A stretch of DNA of 64,000 nt from a virus. The position numbers and the translations under genes are program-made. Below are positions 9,574 through 20,145 of this stretch, in pieces (the first letter of the stretch is position 1; every line of letters starts with the position of its first letter). Below the pieces are notes generated by a model that was given only the letters and a program-made list of their open reading frames with translations, did no database searches and was not told the DNA's origin. The stretch lies in IMG/VR virus record IMGVR_UViG_3300032238_000336, positions 9,400 through 73,399 of that record; one strand, written 5' to 3'.

Positions 9574-10622
9574 TACACTGCCTCCAGTTCTAATGCCTCT
9601 TTATAAGTATTATGAAGAATATTTTTTATCATATCTTTATCTAAAGAAAAATCTGCTTCTTCTACGTATTTAGATAAAACTGCAAATGTATCTTCAGGTT
9701 CAATATCATCAAAATTGACATCAGTATCATTAAGGTCAACTAATTCAACTATGTTCAAATCAACAATATTAGTTTCAAGAATTTTAGATATGAACTTATC
9801 ATAATCACTTTGACTATTTCTTTCTTTAACTATTATTTTTACATTTTTGTTTTCAAAAATTGAATAATCAAAAGTCTTCCAATCAGTATCTTCGTAGTAA
9901 AATCTTTCATATAGATTATAAGGATTTGAAATAAACTCTAATTCATAAGTTTCAGTATCAAAAATATGAAATCCTCTTTTATCATCTACATCATTCCAAA
10001 ACATTTGATATGGATTTCCAATATAAAATATTTTACCATTATTGCTACGAGTATGATAGTGACCAGTAAACACTCGATCAAACTTTTCAAACTTCTCAGT
10101 TGTTAATCCGTGAGTATTGGTTTTTCCTGGAAATAAACTAAATCCCTGAAGTTCCAAATGACCGAATAAAACTTTTGCTTTGGTTTTTTCCATCAAAGAA
10201 AAAGTTTTTTCTTGATTTTCGGCACATATCCAAGGAACTATTAAACATTTCAAATTTCCTATTTCAATTTCCCCAGGTGATGAGAATGAGTTTATATTTT
10301 TATAACTTCTTAAAAGAGTATCAATTGCATTAATTTTATTTGAATTTTTATAAAAACTATCGTGATTTCCACAAATTTGAATAAGATTAATGTTTAAATC
10401 GTTTAGTCTGTCATAAAACACTCTCTGTGCCCAGTCTAATGCCCAGTAGTCCACTCCTTTACGATTATCAAAAGCATCCCCCAAATGAATGGCAGTATCA
10501 ATTCTACGGTCTTCTAGAGTAGGGAAAAAAACATCTGTGTAAAATCTTTCAAAATAATCGTGATAAATTTGGTTTGATTTTTTAAAATTGAAGTGGGTGT
10601 CACTAACTAAAGCAATTTTCAT
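9573..10622 (-). CDS. gp47: Recombination endonuclease subunit (Mre11/SbcD-like)
   Basis: Phosphoesterase motifs DTH, GD, GNHD, GHL and GHYH. Confidence 0.95.
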   Translation of the reverse strand: MKIALVSDTHFNFKKSNQIYHDYFERFYTDVFFPTLEDRRIDTAIHLGDAFDNRKGVDYWALDWAQRVFYDRLNDLNINLIQICGNHDSFYKNSNKINAIDTLLRSYKNINSFSSPGEIEIGNLKCLIVPWICAENQEKTFSLMEKTKAKVLFGHLELQGFSLFPGKTNTHGLTTEKFEKFDRVFTGHYHTRSNNGKIFYIGNPYQMFWNDVDDKRGFHIFDTETYELEFISNPYNLYERFYYEDTDWKTFDYSIFENKNVKIIVKERNSQSDYDKFISKILETNIVDLNIVELVDLNDTDVNFDDIEPEDTFAVLSKYVEEADFSLDKDMIKNILHNTYKEALELEAV

Positions 10623-10624
10623 AA

Positions 10625-11089
10625 TCAACAATATTTGGTATAAATCGCATCTTTAATTGAGTTGTAATCTGAGCTATTAAAATATTCGTCGGCAGTAAAG
10701 ACTTCATCAAATGAGGTTCTCTCTAGAATTTTCTCTTTAATCTCTACTTGTTTTTTTTCTTTACCTATGCGGCGTAAAAATGCGTAGTATACAATTTGAG
10801 TAAAGTAAGCAAATGGATTTGTCCTTTCTACATCAAAGTTATGAATATACTGTAAACAATTTTCAACACCATCACTTATCATATCATCACGGAACATATA
10901 GTTCACAAAATTAGGACGGTATGATAAATGAGTAGCAATCTTTAGAAAACAATCTCCAAGATAAGCCGAAACTTGTGGTCTTGGTTCTCCTTTTTCTTTT
11001 GCTATATTACATTTATTTTTATAAACAATAAGTGCTTCGTGAAATTCTTTATTGTTTACATAATGAATGTTCTTCTGTTTTTTATTCAT
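10625..11089 (-). CDS. gp55: Late-transcription sigma factor
   Basis: HYVNNKEF, DMISDGVENC and NPFAYFTQI..YAFLRRI motifs. Confidence 0.96.
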   Translation of the reverse strand: MNKKQKNIHYVNNKEFHEALIVYKNKCNIAKEKGEPRPQVSAYLGDCFLKIATHLSYRPNFVNYMFRDDMISDGVENCLQYIHNFDVERTNPFAYFTQIVYYAFLRRIGKEKKQVEIKEKILERTSFDEVFTADEYFNSSDYNSIKDAIYTKYC

Positions 11090-11111
11090 TTTATATACTT
11101 TATTTGGGGAT

Positions 11112-11163
11112 ATCTTAACAAGACCTTATCACATAAGTCAATTCTAAAAGATGAGTATTTATA
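11112..11163 (-). promoter_or_regulatory. gp55 promoters: sigma70-like plus late
   Basis: TTGACT-18-TAAGAT (11141-11112) and TATAAATA (11163-11156). Confidence 0.55.
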
Positions 11164-11167
11164 CCTA

Positions 11168-11196
11168 TTGACGATATACTCTAAAGTAAGTATAAT
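11168..11196 (+). promoter_or_regulatory. Antisense-oriented sigma70-like promoter
   Basis: TTGACG-17-TATAAT on + strand with no credible + ORF downstream. Confidence 0.55.
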
Positions 11197-11220
11197 AACT
11201 TCTGTGAGTTGAAAATAACT

Positions 11221-11646
11221 TTATTCCTTTATATTATCTAAATTACTTTTGGAAGCATTTAGGTTGTAAAGTTTCTCTAGAGACTGACGGGCATCACTAA
11301 TAGATGAAACATATCCCATATTAGGAGTAATTTCAGATTTATTAGAACGTTTAAATCTTTCTCTACTATATTTTTTATGCATCTTAATAAGAGAACTTTC
11401 AAACACTTCTGTCATAGTAATAATCTTATCTAAATTGATAATAAACATAGTATCATCACTTAATTTAATCCAAGGATGTACTTTTGCAATAGAACCTTCA
11501 AATCTAGGAACGTATATTGTTTCTATTGTAATTGGATTATCTAAAACTAAAATAGTTTTATCTTTTTCATCAAAAGGACAAACCTTTGCAAAGATTTCTT
11601 CTCCAGAAACTAGTTTAATTGTTGCATAGAATTCTTCTTCATTCAT
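11221..11646 (-). CDS. Conserved T4-like protein (Sm-like fold, inferred)
   Basis: ATIKLVSGEEI...PW pattern; lies between uvsW and gp55. Confidence 0.75.
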   Translation of the reverse strand: MNEEEFYATIKLVSGEEIFAKVCPFDEKDKTILVLDNPITIETIYVPRFEGSIAKVHPWIKLSDDTMFIINLDKIITMTEVFESSLIKMHKKYSRERFKRSNKSEITPNMGYVSSISDARQSLEKLYNLNASKSNLDNIKE

Positions 11647-13115
11647 TTTTCTTTAAAGTTAATTTTGTGTAGTTGATAATTAAATTGTTCTTCAGAATAA
11701 ATTTTTATTCTTTCAATAAGGTGGTTTAGTGTATAATTTTTTCTTGAATTATAAGTACAATCATCAGCAATATCATAAAGAACGGCTTTATTTTTAGTAT
11801 TTGACTTTCTAAGTATTCTACCAATACTCTGAAGATTTCTTATTCTTGATTTAGAAGGACTTGCAAAAATAAGATTGTGAAGATTTTTTATGGATATACC
11901 AGTACTGAAAACACCATAAGAAGCAACAATAACTGCATTAGTTTCAGTTTCAGTAATTTCCCTTATTTTCTCTCTTTCTTCAGTATCAACACCACCAAAA
12001 ACAAAAAATACTTTTCGTTCATCGGGCACTGAACTATTTATTAAATCATATAAGATTGCCCCGTGAGTTTCTACACGACTATAAAGAATTAAAGTATTGC
12101 CTTTTAAATCTAAAGTAAGATTTTTGATGAAGTTATTTCTTTTTTCGTGAGTAATTAAATATTGAATTTCATCTTCATAAGTTTCAAACTTTTGTCCTTT
12201 ATGTTGAAGAACCAAAACTTGAATTTGAAGTTGAGCAATATTTCCTTTATCCATTAACTCTTTGGTTTGAGTTACTTTATAAGTAGGGCCAAACATTCCT
12301 TCTAAACACCATTTATGAGTAGTGCTTCCATCTAAAGTTCCAGTAAATCCAAAACGATATTTTGTATTATGCATTTTATTCATAATACCTGTAATTGATT
12401 TTGATTTTGCAGTATGTGCTTCGTCAACAATCACGACATCAAACTCATTAAAATATTTTTTATCTAAGTCATAAATGCTTTGATAAGTAGATATCATAAT
12501 TTGTTTATCTGATTGCTTAGCACGACCTGAATACACCCTGTGTATGAACTCCTCACAGTCCCAACCATAATCGTGGAAGTCTTTATACATTTGTCCTACA
12601 AGAGATGTTGTAGGGGTAATCAGAAGTGTCTTGAGACCTTTCTGAGTGTAATAACGGATAAGTGTATAAATCATCATTGATTTACCACTACTCGTAGGAG
12701 AAAGAAGAAGTTTACGATTATATCTAAGGGCATCAGTTACTGCATCAATCTGATAATCTCTTGCTTCATATTTTGAAGAAAGAATTGACCTCATATAGGA
12801 TTTAACTCCTTCAAAAGAAATCATTTCATTTTCTTCAAAAGGAAGACCGTAGAATTTACTATCTTCAAATTCATAAGTATATTCGTGAGACTTTATTTTT
12901 TCGATTAACTTATCAAGAAGACCAACATAAAGTTCTCCAGTATGAGTACTAAGTAGATGAATAACTCCATCCCAATTCCTTCTTCTAGTCTGGGGCATAA
13001 ATTTGGCATTCTCAACTTCAAATGTAAAATATGGTGCCAACTCATAAAGAATATGCGGTTCACATTTAAGTTTGAGATATACTTCATTCTTTTTTGAAAT
13101 AATAATATCTGACAT
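11643..13115 (-). CDS. uvsW: UvsW SF2 helicase
   Basis: RDYQ, PTSSGKS, DEAH, GFTGT and QSIGRILR motifs. Confidence 0.96.
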   Translation of the reverse strand: MSDIIISKKNEVYLKLKCEPHILYELAPYFTFEVENAKFMPQTRRRNWDGVIHLLSTHTGELYVGLLDKLIEKIKSHEYTYEFEDSKFYGLPFEENEMISFEGVKSYMRSILSSKYEARDYQIDAVTDALRYNRKLLLSPTSSGKSMMIYTLIRYYTQKGLKTLLITPTTSLVGQMYKDFHDYGWDCEEFIHRVYSGRAKQSDKQIMISTYQSIYDLDKKYFNEFDVVIVDEAHTAKSKSITGIMNKMHNTKYRFGFTGTLDGSTTHKWCLEGMFGPTYKVTQTKELMDKGNIAQLQIQVLVLQHKGQKFETYEDEIQYLITHEKRNNFIKNLTLDLKGNTLILYSRVETHGAILYDLINSSVPDERKVFFVFGGVDTEEREKIREITETETNAVIVASYGVFSTGISIKNLHNLIFASPSKSRIRNLQSIGRILRKSNTKNKAVLYDIADDCTYNSRKNYTLNHLIERIKIYSEEQFNYQLHKINFKEK

Positions 13116-13117
13116 AA

Positions 13118-13546
13118 TTACGCATATCCTGCAGTAAATTTCATAAATTCAATAGCATTTTTAATTACAAAAGTTCTATTATGTAAAGTCTTGAGAATAC
13201 TTTCAAGATAATCCAACATTAATTGGAAATATTGAATTTTAGTTATAAGTTTGACAATATCTTCATCTGATCGTAAATACTTATCCAAATCCTGTTTTAT
13301 TACTCTGTGGTCAAAAGGTTTTTCTTTATAAACTTCTGGACTTGCTTTCCCTGAATAATATAACCATTTTTCTTTTTCAACAGTTGCTAATTTATTTTCC
13401 TCTAATTTTTTAAGTAATGCTATATTATTGTGAATTTGATGATACTTAGAGTGTAAAGAAGGAATTTTAATGCTTTCAAGATGTAGATTATCCGGGTCTA
13501 TTTTGCTATCTTCTTCCCAGAGATTTTCAATTTCATTAATGTTCAT
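13118..13546 (-). CDS. uvsY: UvsY recombination mediator
   Basis: IPSLHSKY, YYSGK and IKNAIEF motifs; synteny. Confidence 0.92.
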   Translation of the reverse strand: MNINEIENLWEEDSKIDPDNLHLESIKIPSLHSKYHQIHNNIALLKKLEENKLATVEKEKWLYYSGKASPEVYKEKPFDHRVIKQDLDKYLRSDEDIVKLITKIQYFQLMLDYLESILKTLHNRTFVIKNAIEFMKFTAGYA

Positions 13547-13549
13547 AAA

Positions 13550-14092
13550 TTATAGTTTAATAATATCAAATATAGTATACTTGAAGGTAACTTGTGCTGT
13601 CACATAATTTACATCATTTGAAGTGCTATCAAATGAAATACCACTCAGAGAAACTGGAAATAAATCTTTAAAAAAAACTTTTAAATTTGGATTGAAGGTA
13701 TTGTTATAAACAAAAAGAGTGCCATCAGACATACCTGAAATTGCATTTTGCTTTCCCTTACTATTTTCATCTTCATTCAATAGTTGCTGGTATTGACCGA
13801 AGTTATCTGGAAATCCAAATTGAACTAACCAGTTATAAACTTCTAGGTAATTCACCATATCTTCGTCTACCATAAAACGAAGAGTTAAATCATCATAAGA
13901 TAAAGTTTCTCCTGGAATAGGAATTGGTTTAAGTGGATTGGATTGAATTGCAACTCCTAAATTTAAACCTGGTAGATTTGCAGCATTACAAAAAAAATCT
14001 ATTTTTGGTTTTTTTACCAAAGAAAATTTAAATCCTATTGGAGATAAAAAGTTTCTATTTGTAATTTGACTAGGCCAAAGACTTCCCGACAT
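13550..14092 (-). CDS. gp3: Tail tube terminator / tail completion protein
   Basis: NFLSPIGFKF, FMVDEDM.NY and FKDLFPVSLS motifs. Confidence 0.88.
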   Translation of the reverse strand: MSGSLWPSQITNRNFLSPIGFKFSLVKKPKIDFFCNAANLPGLNLGVAIQSNPLKPIPIPGETLSYDDLTLRFMVDEDMVNYLEVYNWLVQFGFPDNFGQYQQLLNEDENSKGKQNAISGMSDGTLFVYNNTFNPNLKVFFKDLFPVSLSGISFDSTSNDVNYVTAQVTFKYTIFDIIKL

Positions 14093-14128
14093 TTTATCAA
14101 TTTATTCAATCACACCTATTTATTCCAA

Positions 14129-14157
14129 TAAAAAAGGACCCCCTTTTGGGAGGTCCT
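14129..14157 (-). terminator. Intrinsic terminator after gp23
   Basis: AGGACC(T)CCC-AAAA-GGGGGTCCT hairpin followed by T tract. Confidence 0.85.
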
Positions 14158-14178
14158 GAAGTTGAATGTAGCAGATTT

Positions 14179-15573
14179 CTACATCAGATTTTTTACTGTA
14201 ACTCTACGGTAGTAGTTATTGCTGTTTCTCTTAATAACTCCCAGGTCTGCATCAAGACCGCCTGCAAATGGGTTAGCAACCATACCATAACGGGTCTTAA
14301 ATCCGATTTTTGGTTGGAAGCTTCTCTCACCAACGGCACGAACCATTTGGAGGGGAACATAAGGGCAATAGAACAATCCAGCATCATAAGGTGAAGAACC
14401 CTTGTATCCTGCAACATAGTACTGAGTACCAGAGTTGTTAGCAGCATATGGGTCAATATAAACTTTGAACTTACCTTGAAGAACTCCAGCAAAAGTATTG
14501 CCGGTGTCATCAACATTCAAGTTTGCATTAAGTGCTGGGGTGTAATCAAGAATACCAGCGTGTGCAAGAGCAGAAGCGATGTCTGCAGAGCACATAATGA
14601 TATTACCCTTTCCTCTACGAGTTGTTTGTGCGATGAGGTTAGCATCACGCTCGATTTGGAAGATAAGACCTTTGAACTTCTCAACTGACCAACGACCGTT
14701 GCTGTCAACGTCAAGGTCAAAAATACCTTTAGTTGCAACGTTGTTCTGAGCACCAGGTTTAGCAATGCTATAGATGGTACGGATAACTTCTCTGTTGATT
14801 TCGGCAAGGATTTCAGTTGAGAGAATGTTAGCCAACTCAGCTTCTGCATTCAGACCGTGGATAGCTTTGAGGTCTTGTGCAAGTTCTAAACTGTACTCAG
14901 CTTTCAGAGCACGGGACTTCGCAGTAACCGATACTCTCTCAATGCTGAGAGACATTTCGTTGAACTGATTATTGCTATCATAAGTGCTACCGAGACTTTC
15001 TGCCTCAGCAGTGCTCATTCCTTGACCTACGTTATAAGCACCACTACCATCAGGGTTCAGAAGACCGGGGTTTCCACCTGATTGTGCAGTAGTACCAAGT
15101 CCAACAGCACCATCAACCCAACCCTGGTCATTATCAAAGGTAGAGTTTTGTCCTGAGAATGCGGTATCTACTTCATTGTAGAATGTTTCAGCACCAGACT
15201 GGTTCTTATACTTAGAACGCATTGCGAAGATCAAGCTTACAGGTCCACTCATTGGTTGAACACCAGCTAAGTCATATGCGACCAAGTTGGGCATTGAACG
15301 ACGAATGAGGCTGATAAGAACAGGGTCGAAACCAGCTACAGGTCCGGTTGCATCAGCACCGTAACTAAAACCAGCAGCATTAGGTGCTCCTTGAGTATTA
15401 GTAGTAGGTGATTCTGAGAGGAATTCTCTTTCTTCTCTAAGTGCTCTTTCTTGGTTCTCTAGCAAGATAGCAGTCACAGCTCTACGATGTGAATCTCCAA
15501 TAGATTCTACTCCATCGAAATCAAGGAGCGGTGCCCACTTTTCTTGCAATTGTTCTGCATTGAACATTTGCAT
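14179..15573 (-). CDS. gp23: Major capsid protein
   Basis: DPVLISLIRR, AKSRALKAEYSLELAQDL, FYCPYVPL and KIGFKTRYG motifs. Confidence 0.98.
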   Translation of the reverse strand: MQMFNAEQLQEKWAPLLDFDGVESIGDSHRRAVTAILLENQERALREEREFLSESPTTNTQGAPNAAGFSYGADATGPVAGFDPVLISLIRRSMPNLVAYDLAGVQPMSGPVSLIFAMRSKYKNQSGAETFYNEVDTAFSGQNSTFDNDQGWVDGAVGLGTTAQSGGNPGLLNPDGSGAYNVGQGMSTAEAESLGSTYDSNNQFNEMSLSIERVSVTAKSRALKAEYSLELAQDLKAIHGLNAEAELANILSTEILAEINREVIRTIYSIAKPGAQNNVATKGIFDLDVDSNGRWSVEKFKGLIFQIERDANLIAQTTRRGKGNIIMCSADIASALAHAGILDYTPALNANLNVDDTGNTFAGVLQGKFKVYIDPYAANNSGTQYYVAGYKGSSPYDAGLFYCPYVPLQMVRAVGERSFQPKIGFKTRYGMVANPFAGGLDADLGVIKRNSNNYYRRVTVKNLM

Positions 15574-15628
15574 TTGATTTACCTCTTTTAAAAAATAGTT
15601 TGTTGTTTGATTTGTTATTATCTAAAAA

Positions 15629-16876
15629 TCACTTTTTAGAAACTTTTGCGAAGGCATTGACATAAGCTTCCATAACTCCAGTTGGAGCAGAATATGGAAC
15701 CGAATCAGTAGTCTCTTCAACAAGATAATCTTGTCTGTTTCTGGTTGGAGCACTAGTATAAGTAGGGAAATAAGATTCCCTTAGAGTTACTAGTTTCTCA
15801 CGATATTCTCCTTCACCATCAAACTCAACATTTTCAGCAAGAGAGGCAAGCTTATCTTTTTGGGAAATTGCAAGACCTTCAGCTACTTCTGCAAAAATTA
15901 CATCAGTTGCTGACTCTGCTAATCTTTGGTTTAGAGCAACATTTTTTTCAATTTGCTCGTTGAGTTTTGTCTCCATATCATCTAGTTTTTCTACCATACT
16001 CTCAAGTACATCATATCTTTCTTCAGGGATTGAAACATAATGATCTTCAAAAAGTTCTTTCATTCCATTTAGGAATGATTCAGTCATTTCAGATTTGATT
16101 CCGGTTTCGATTGCGAGTGCATTTTCTTTAATCCACTCGTCGGCAACATATTCAAGATAAGAATCTACACGCTCAGTAAGTGCCTCAGTGATTTCTTGAA
16201 TTTCTTCAGAAAGTTGATCTTCATACTGACGAATGATTGCCTCTTCGATTTGTTCAGTTCTGGCATTAAGAGCTGCTTCAAAAACAGTTCTTGCCTTGAA
16301 CTTAAACTCTTCAGAAAGGTCTTCACCAGAAAGAAGAGCAGCCACATCTTCTTCAATCTGGTCTTCAATCATTTGTAGTTCTTCTTTTACATCTTCATCA
16401 TCTTCATCATCTTTAGATTCTCCACAACTCCCTTCATCATAGTCATCATTTTTTTCATTTTTTCCTTTCTTATCTTTCATCATTTTTCTTTTTTTTGATT
16501 TAGGAGTCTCATCCACCATATCTTCATCATCTTCTTTAGCCTCTAAGATTTCATCTTCATCATCATATTCGGATTCTTCATCTACTGGATTCTTCATAGT
16601 AGGCATAGGATCTGCAGCTTTTGCTTTAGCATTAACTACATTTCTTACCTGTTGTAGGACTGCGGCAGCATCTTTAAGTTTTGCTGGACCTTCAGGATCG
16701 TTTGTATAATTTTCTGGAGTTGGACCACCTAGGTCTTCCCAGCTACCAGTTTGACCATCAGGGATACCTGTAGTCAACTTAGGCATCGGGTCTCCCGACT
16801 TTGAACCTGCATTTACTGCAGTGTTAGATTGTTTAGTGCCTATTTCCATTTCTTGTAAATTTTTACCACGAGACAT
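15629..16876 (-). CDS. gp22: Prohead core scaffolding protein
   Basis: LSEEFK.KA.TVFEAA and YLEYVADEW motifs; acidic coiled coil; synteny. Confidence 0.93.
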   Translation of the reverse strand: MSRGKNLQEMEIGTKQSNTAVNAGSKSGDPMPKLTTGIPDGQTGSWEDLGGPTPENYTNDPEGPAKLKDAAAVLQQVRNVVNAKAKAADPMPTMKNPVDEESEYDDEDEILEAKEDDEDMVDETPKSKKRKMMKDKKGKNEKNDDYDEGSCGESKDDEDDEDVKEELQMIEDQIEEDVAALLSGEDLSEEFKFKARTVFEAALNARTEQIEEAIIRQYEDQLSEEIQEITEALTERVDSYLEYVADEWIKENALAIETGIKSEMTESFLNGMKELFEDHYVSIPEERYDVLESMVEKLDDMETKLNEQIEKNVALNQRLAESATDVIFAEVAEGLAISQKDKLASLAENVEFDGEGEYREKLVTLRESYFPTYTSAPTRNRQDYLVEETTDSVPYSAPTGVMEAYVNAFAKVSKK

Positions 16877-16911
16877 TTGAACTCTCCGAATAACCTTGTA
16901 TATTCTGTATT

Positions 16912-16919
16912 TATTTATA
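16912..16919 (-). promoter_or_regulatory. T4-type late promoter upstream of gp22
   Basis: Exact TATAAATA. Confidence 0.75.
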
Positions 16920-16942
16920 AATTTTATATTTTATATTATCAA

Positions 16943-17596
16943 TCAAAGTAATTTTAAATAATTTTCAAAATGCTGAAGTTTTCTTTCTTCAGTTAATCGT
17001 TTAGATAATGTATCACTTTCAATTTTATTTTTAATATTTTCAGAAATCCAAATTTGTTGCTTGCTATCGTACAACCAACTAACACCTTCCATAATACCAT
17101 TTACAAACGCATCTGGTGCAGATGGGTCGTGTACAATATCTGCAGCAGTTGAAATCATAAAATCTTTTCCAACTACGCTATATCCCTTTGATGTTGGAAC
17201 TAATGAACCAACTCCACGAGAAGATACTCCAAGCTTCACTCCTTCTTGATAAAGGCCAGCAGCAATTTTACCCATAGGTAAAGATGTTAAAATCTTGGCT
17301 TTGCCAATAAAGTTTGTTCCACATTCTTTTAATGATATAATATTATGAGAAACTCTATCTAGATTGATAGTAGGTCCTTGAGGATGTCCCAATTCACCAA
17401 CTGCTCTGCCTTTACTGAGGTATCTTTCAGTATAGGTTTTTACCCCCTCTCTTAAAGTATCCATTTCGTATAATCGTTTGTTTCGATTACACATATCACC
17501 TTGAAGGAAAATACCTTCAATATAAAGAGATTTTTTACCGTTGACTTCTTCAACGATAACTTCTACCTGGTCGATTTCTTCGGTGATTAGTTTCAT
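16943..17596 (-). CDS. gp21: Prohead protease
   Basis: Start MKLITEE; GELGHP, GVSSRGVGS and DPSAPDAFV motifs. Confidence 0.95.
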   Translation of the reverse strand: MKLITEEIDQVEVIVEEVNGKKSLYIEGIFLQGDMCNRNKRLYEMDTLREGVKTYTERYLSKGRAVGELGHPQGPTINLDRVSHNIISLKECGTNFIGKAKILTSLPMGKIAAGLYQEGVKLGVSSRGVGSLVPTSKGYSVVGKDFMISTAADIVHDPSAPDAFVNGIMEGVSWLYDSKQQIWISENIKNKIESDTLSKRLTEERKLQHFENYLKLL

Positions 17597-17600
17597 TAGT

Positions 17601-18158
17601 TTATGCGTATGCGTTTGCTTGGATTTCAGTAATATGAATTTTATTCGCACCACTTCCTGCATTATATGCAGCAACTTTTGTAACTTTACGAATTTCACCA
17701 ACTGGACTAGTAACTGTAGTAATTCCAGAAGTATTCCAATTCACAGTCATTCTTGTATTATGGTAACTATCATAAGATGTGCTAGTTTCAATACTATCTA
17801 CTGTAGTAAAAATAGTATTTACACCAACTGGGGATGCTCCACTAATTGATACCACATCACCAACCGCAAATCCTGCAGCAGTTCCAGGTTCAAAAATAAT
17901 TGTTGTAGATGATCCGGTTTGAATTCCAATAAAAGATCTAGACCCCCACTCCTGTTTAATAACTACAGTATCTCCTCCGGCAACCCAAATACTCGATACA
18001 TTATCTACTTGTGGATTTGGGTTGATTTCAATGTAAGCACTATCTTCTGGAGTAATACGAAGATATCCTGTTTTCATTGCAATCGGAATGGAAGTTGAAA
18101 TTCCACCGGAAGACGCAATAGAAATAGTGGGTATTTTTTGAACGATTTTGAAAGACAT
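17601..18158 (-). CDS. Hypothetical protein, probably virion structural
   Basis: 185-aa beta-rich ORF behind a late promoter in the head module. Confidence 0.7.
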   Translation of the reverse strand: MSFKIVQKIPTISIASSGGISTSIPIAMKTGYLRITPEDSAYIEINPNPQVDNVSSIWVAGGDTVVIKQEWGSRSFIGIQTGSSTTIIFEPGTAAGFAVGDVVSISGASPVGVNTIFTTVDSIETSTSYDSYHNTRMTVNWNTSGITTVTSPVGEIRKVTKVAAYNAGSGANKIHITEIQANAYA

Positions 18159-18179
18159 TATAATATACTAGTTATTAGT

Positions 18180-18187
18180 TATTTATA
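18180..18187 (-). promoter_or_regulatory. T4-type late promoter
   Basis: Exact TATAAATA upstream of the ORF starting at 18158. Confidence 0.7.
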
Positions 18188-18205
18188 AATGGAGATAAAT
18201 ATCAA

Positions 18206-18430
18206 CTATTCTTCATCCTCATCTTCTTCATCCTCATCTTCATACTCGTCATTTTCATAATCATCATCATAATCTTCTTCATCTACTTCTTGACCAAACA
18301 TAGAAGCAGATACTTGAGGAACTACCTCATTGATTTTTTCTGCTGATTTAGTATAAAGAATTTCTTTAATCTTATCTGAAATATCAGAAGGAGATTGATT
18401 AGTTGCAATTAAATTCACTAAGTCTTCCAT
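18206..18430 (-). CDS. Small acidic prohead core protein (gp67-like)
   Basis: Directly downstream of the portal gene; very acidic tail. Confidence 0.65.
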   Translation of the reverse strand: MEDLVNLIATNQSPSDISDKIKEILYTKSAEKINEVVPQVSASMFGQEVDEEDYDDDYENDEYEDEDEEDEDEE

Positions 18431-18459
18431 TTGTTGTAATTAAATATCAGTTCTATTTA

Positions 18460-20145
18460 TCAAATTTGACCTATATCTTTACCTGCACTCATTCCTCCAT
18501 TACCAACTTCTGGTTCTTGGATTGGAGCACCCATTGCAGGAGGTTGTCCTTCTGCAGGAGGTTGTGCTCCCATATCAGGTGGCATCATCATTGCCTTAGG
18601 GTCTGCAATTACTCCTTCTTCAATTTCTTTTTTAATTTGTTTATCAATATCTAAAATTTCACTATCAGATTGACCTAATATATTTTTTCTTATATATTCT
18701 GCTGAAAAATAACGACCAACATAAGGTTCCATTGCTGCAACGACACCTAGTTTGTCATTCATTATTTCATTTTTTTTCAAATCAGCAAAGTGATTATCAT
18801 ATAAAAAATCAAATTGAATATGGTCCGAAAGAAATTCCCAATCTTCAGGAGTAACAATATTTTTAAGAATAAGTTGCGTCTTTAGTAAATCTATAAAAAT
18901 TTGAGAGAACCTTTTTCGTAATCTTCCCACAAATCTAGTGAACTTAAGTTCATCTCTGAGAATTTCAGAAGAACGACCAAGATTAAATCCTCCTCCTGCA
19001 TCTAGACGAGTTGATGGTACCCCCAAAGCTTTAAAAAGTTTTCTTTGGAAATACTCAATATCAGCCAGTTCCCCTAAATTCTGTCCTGCTGGAAGAGTAG
19101 TAACTTCTGTTCCTCTACCTCCATCTTTACGGGGCAACCAGTAATCTTCAAGCATAGCCATATATTTTCTATCATCACGAATTTCACCAGTATCTGCATT
19201 ATACACTAGTTTATTTCGATATCTATTCATCACATCTCTCATATATTGCTCTGCCTTAATCTTTGGAAGATTGCCGACATCAATATAAAAAATTCTTTTT
19301 TCTGAACTTCTAGATAGTCTGTAAATAACAATACTATCTTCAATCATTCTTAACTGATTAAGTGCTTTAATTGCTTTATGTAAATAAGACAATACAGTTT
19401 GACGATTTCTGTCTACTAATCCCGATGTAACGTATACAACAGAATCGGCAGATAACTTAATTGCTTGAGATTGACTAAAACTACTTTGAATATTAGTTTG
19501 AGTTGACCCCTTACCTATATTTGGATCATACAAATAATATTCTTCTATTTCAGGAGAAATATAATTCTGGTCTGTATTTTGTTTAAGAAGAGTACTTACT
19601 TGCTTACTTAGTGTATTTTGTTGTCCTGGTTTTTTAAGTTTTCTAACTAATTTAATTTTAAGAGCATCAATATATCTAATTTCTTTTATTCCATCAGAAG
19701 GTCTTTTTATATCAATTACTTTATGATAAAAAAGTCTTCCATCCACATACCAATTTCTAAAAATTTCGTGTGCTTTTTTATCAAAATCCATAGCCTCTTT
19801 GAGGTATCTGAATTCTTTTCGAATAATTTCTTTTAATTTATCAGATGCTGGTAAATTTGATAGTTCAATCTCTATTGGACTATCATTTAAATCTGATACA
19901 ATTGCTTCATTAATTACATCTTCAATAGCACTATCACATTCTGGGTGTAGAGCCATCTCTCTATATCTTCTCACCAAGTCTGCTTCGTTTTTAAAAACTC
20001 CTTCTATATCTACATATTGCCCGTAAAATCCACTTTGAATATAATAATCGGATTTATCTTCATCATTACGAGGAACTGGAGAAAGAATTTGTTTAGATTT
20101 ATCTTCCCCAGTTCCTTCAATTTTAAAACCAAATATTTTAGACAT
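18460..20145 (-). CDS. gp20: Portal protein
   Basis: RIFYIDVGNLPK.KAEQY, EDYWLPR, GTEVTTLP and EILRDELKF motifs. Confidence 0.97.
   Translation of the reverse strand: MSKIFGFKIEGTGEDKSKQILSPVPRNDEDKSDYYIQSGFYGQYVDIEGVFKNEADLVRRYREMALHPECDSAIEDVINEAIVSDLNDSPIEIELSNLPASDKLKEIIRKEFRYLKEAMDFDKKAHEIFRNWYVDGRLFYHKVIDIKRPSDGIKEIRYIDALKIKLVRKLKKPGQQNTLSKQVSTLLKQNTDQNYISPEIEEYYLYDPNIGKGSTQTNIQSSFSQSQAIKLSADSVVYVTSGLVDRNRQTVLSYLHKAIKALNQLRMIEDSIVIYRLSRSSEKRIFYIDVGNLPKIKAEQYMRDVMNRYRNKLVYNADTGEIRDDRKYMAMLEDYWLPRKDGGRGTEVTTLPAGQNLGELADIEYFQRKLFKALGVPSTRLDAGGGFNLGRSSEILRDELKFTRFVGRLRKRFSQIFIDLLKTQLILKNIVTPEDWEFLSDHIQFDFLYDNHFADLKKNEIMNDKLGVVAAMEPYVGRYFSAEYIRKNILGQSDSEILDIDKQIKKEIEEGVIADPKAMMMPPDMGAQPPAEGQPPAMGAPIQEPEVGNGGMSAGKDIGQI

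Noticed and set aside
16943-17701. Extended N-termini in the ORF track (gp21, hsp20 and several early ORFs)
   Set aside because: Extensions overlap upstream genes or promoters; downstream ATGs fit SD sites and family N-termini better
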